Source of the DNA: Nostoc sp. DedSLP01
Lineage (GTDB): Bacteria; Cyanobacteriota; Cyanobacteriia; Cyanobacteriales; Nostocaceae
Direction: 5' to 3'
Assembly (NCBI GenBank): GCA_034530875.2
Contig: JAVRCJ020000035.1
Span: forward strand, 1 to 64,000
Length of the DNA stretch: 64,000 bases
Shown here: piece after piece, positions 62,774 through 64,000 of the stretch
Layout of the letters: each line of letters opens with the position of its first letter
Position numbering within the stretch: position 1 is the first letter of the stretch
Position numbers and translations under genes: made by a program
Notes under the pieces: model-generated
Told to the model about the DNA's origin: nothing
Databases searched by the model: none
The model's input: only the letters and a program-made list of their open reading frames with translations

Positions 62774-63868
62774 ATGTCAGTAAAAAACATTTTTCTTTTC
62801 GTTTTATTGTTGTTTATCCCAGTTTCCTTGGCTGCACACTTTCTTGAGTGGGGAGAATTGGTAGTTTTTGTGACGGCTGGATTAGCTATTCTGCCTTTAG
62901 CGGCTTGGATGGGAACAGCTACAGAAGAAATTGCTGTTGTAGTCGGGCCGACATTGGGGGGGTTGTTAAACGCTACTTTTGGCAATGCTACAGAACTGAT
63001 TATTGCCCTAATCGCTCTGAATGCGGGTTTAATAGATGTAGTCAAAGCCAGTATCACGGGATCGATTATTAGTAACTTACTACTGGTAATGGGTTTTTCG
63101 ATGCTTTTGGGAGGACTGCGCTACAAAGAACAAACATTTCAGCCAATTGTAGCGCGGGTGAATGCTGCTTCGATGAATTTGGCTGTGATTGCCATTTTGT
63201 TGCCTACAGCAATGAACTACACTGCTATAGGAGTTACCGAACAAACGCTGCAATATCTTTCTCTTGCCGTTGCGGTGGTGTTAATTCTGGTTTATGCTCT
63301 AACGCTACTATTTTCTATGAGAACCCATTCCTATCTCTATGACGTAGGTGTGGCAGAAACAGAAGAACAGGAAATCTCCCATAGCAGCAAACCTAATGTT
63401 GTGTTGTGGGTTGGGGTGCTGCTAGTATGTACTTTGCTTGTGGCACTTGAATCAGAACTGCTGGTAGATTCTCTAGAGGTGGCTACATCCCAGCTAGGCT
63501 TGACTGCGCTATTTACAGGGGTAATCCTAGTTCCAATTGTGGGTAATGCTGCCGAGCACGCTACAGCTGTCACCGTAGCGATGAAAGATAAAATGGATCT
63601 TTCCCTTTCTGTCGCTGTGGGATCGAGTATGCAAATTGCCCTGTTTGTTGCTCCTGTGTTGGTGATAGCAGGATGGGCATTTGGTCAGCCGATGGATTTG
63701 GATTTCAAACCTTTTGAGTTAGTGGCTGTGGTTGTGTCAGTGTTGATTGCTAATACTATTAGTTCTGATGGTAGGTCTAATTGGCTGGAAGGCACTTTAT
63801 TATTAGCTGCCTATACAGTGCTGGGGTTTGCCTTCTACTTCCATCCAGTTATCAGTAGTGTGGGGTAG
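62774..63868 (+). CDS. cax: Ca2+/H+ antiporter
   Basis: NATFGNATE and GNAAEH alpha-repeat motifs; GSSMQIALF. Confidence 0.93.
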   Translation: MSVKNIFLFVLLLFIPVSLAAHFLEWGELVVFVTAGLAILPLAAWMGTATEEIAVVVGPTLGGLLNATFGNATELIIALIALNAGLIDVVKASITGSIISNLLLVMGFSMLLGGLRYKEQTFQPIVARVNAASMNLAVIAILLPTAMNYTAIGVTEQTLQYLSLAVAVVLILVYALTLLFSMRTHSYLYDVGVAETEEQEISHSSKPNVVLWVGVLLVCTLLVALESELLVDSLEVATSQLGLTALFTGVILVPIVGNAAEHATAVTVAMKDKMDLSLSVAVGSSMQIALFVAPVLVIAGWAFGQPMDLDFKPFELVAVVVSVLIANTISSDGRSNWLEGTLLLAAYTVLGFAFYFHPVISSVG

Positions 63869-64000
63869 AAAATTTGAAGCGATCGCTCCAAGTTTAACCC
63901 AAAGCGATCGCCCTTAATTATGGGTAATTAGTCGTCTAATTACCATATAAAATTTTTATTAAAAATAATCTTCTCAAGTTTTCTCCAGAAATTGTATACT

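Overview
Chromosomal segment of a filamentous, probably Nostocales, cyanobacterium: GCGATCGC (HIP1) octamers are frequent, and heptamer STRR tracts and REP/MITE-like elements fill the intergenic space. Left end: tail of an IS5-family element inside a Uma2 gene, then rluD-like. 2.3-13 kb: phycobilisome cluster (cpcG, cpcS, an nblA missed by the ORF track, cpeBA, cpeZ, cpeF, cpeY). Main finding: the structural proteins CpeB, CpeA and CpcG are almost stripped of Met and of every Cys that does not bind a bilin, while the neighbouring lyases are not. This looks like a sulfur-sparing phycoerythrin antenna, paralleling the known sulfur-poor cpc3 phycocyanin. 13-19 kb: two histidine kinases flank an orphan PhnD-like binding lipoprotein. 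24-46 kb: stress/desiccation-type island with a galactofuranose glycan module (GT-Glf and GH1-RmlD fusions), isoaspartyl peptidase + ATP-grasp, DUF72, MFS, KAP NTPase, CrtO-like and HLIP genes; several of its promoters appear to share a degenerate 16-bp box about 22 bp upstream of a -10 hexamer. Right part: Ser/Thr-His kinase, two SGNH proteins, ilvA, a Zn-ribbon/tandem-repeat DNA-binding-like pair, hsp20 with a dnaK remnant, HNH, GH57 and cax. Several gene remnants (Uma2, Thg1-like, hflX, ubiG-like, dnaK) were read by hand. All family calls come from motif recognition and recalled reference sequences, not database searches.
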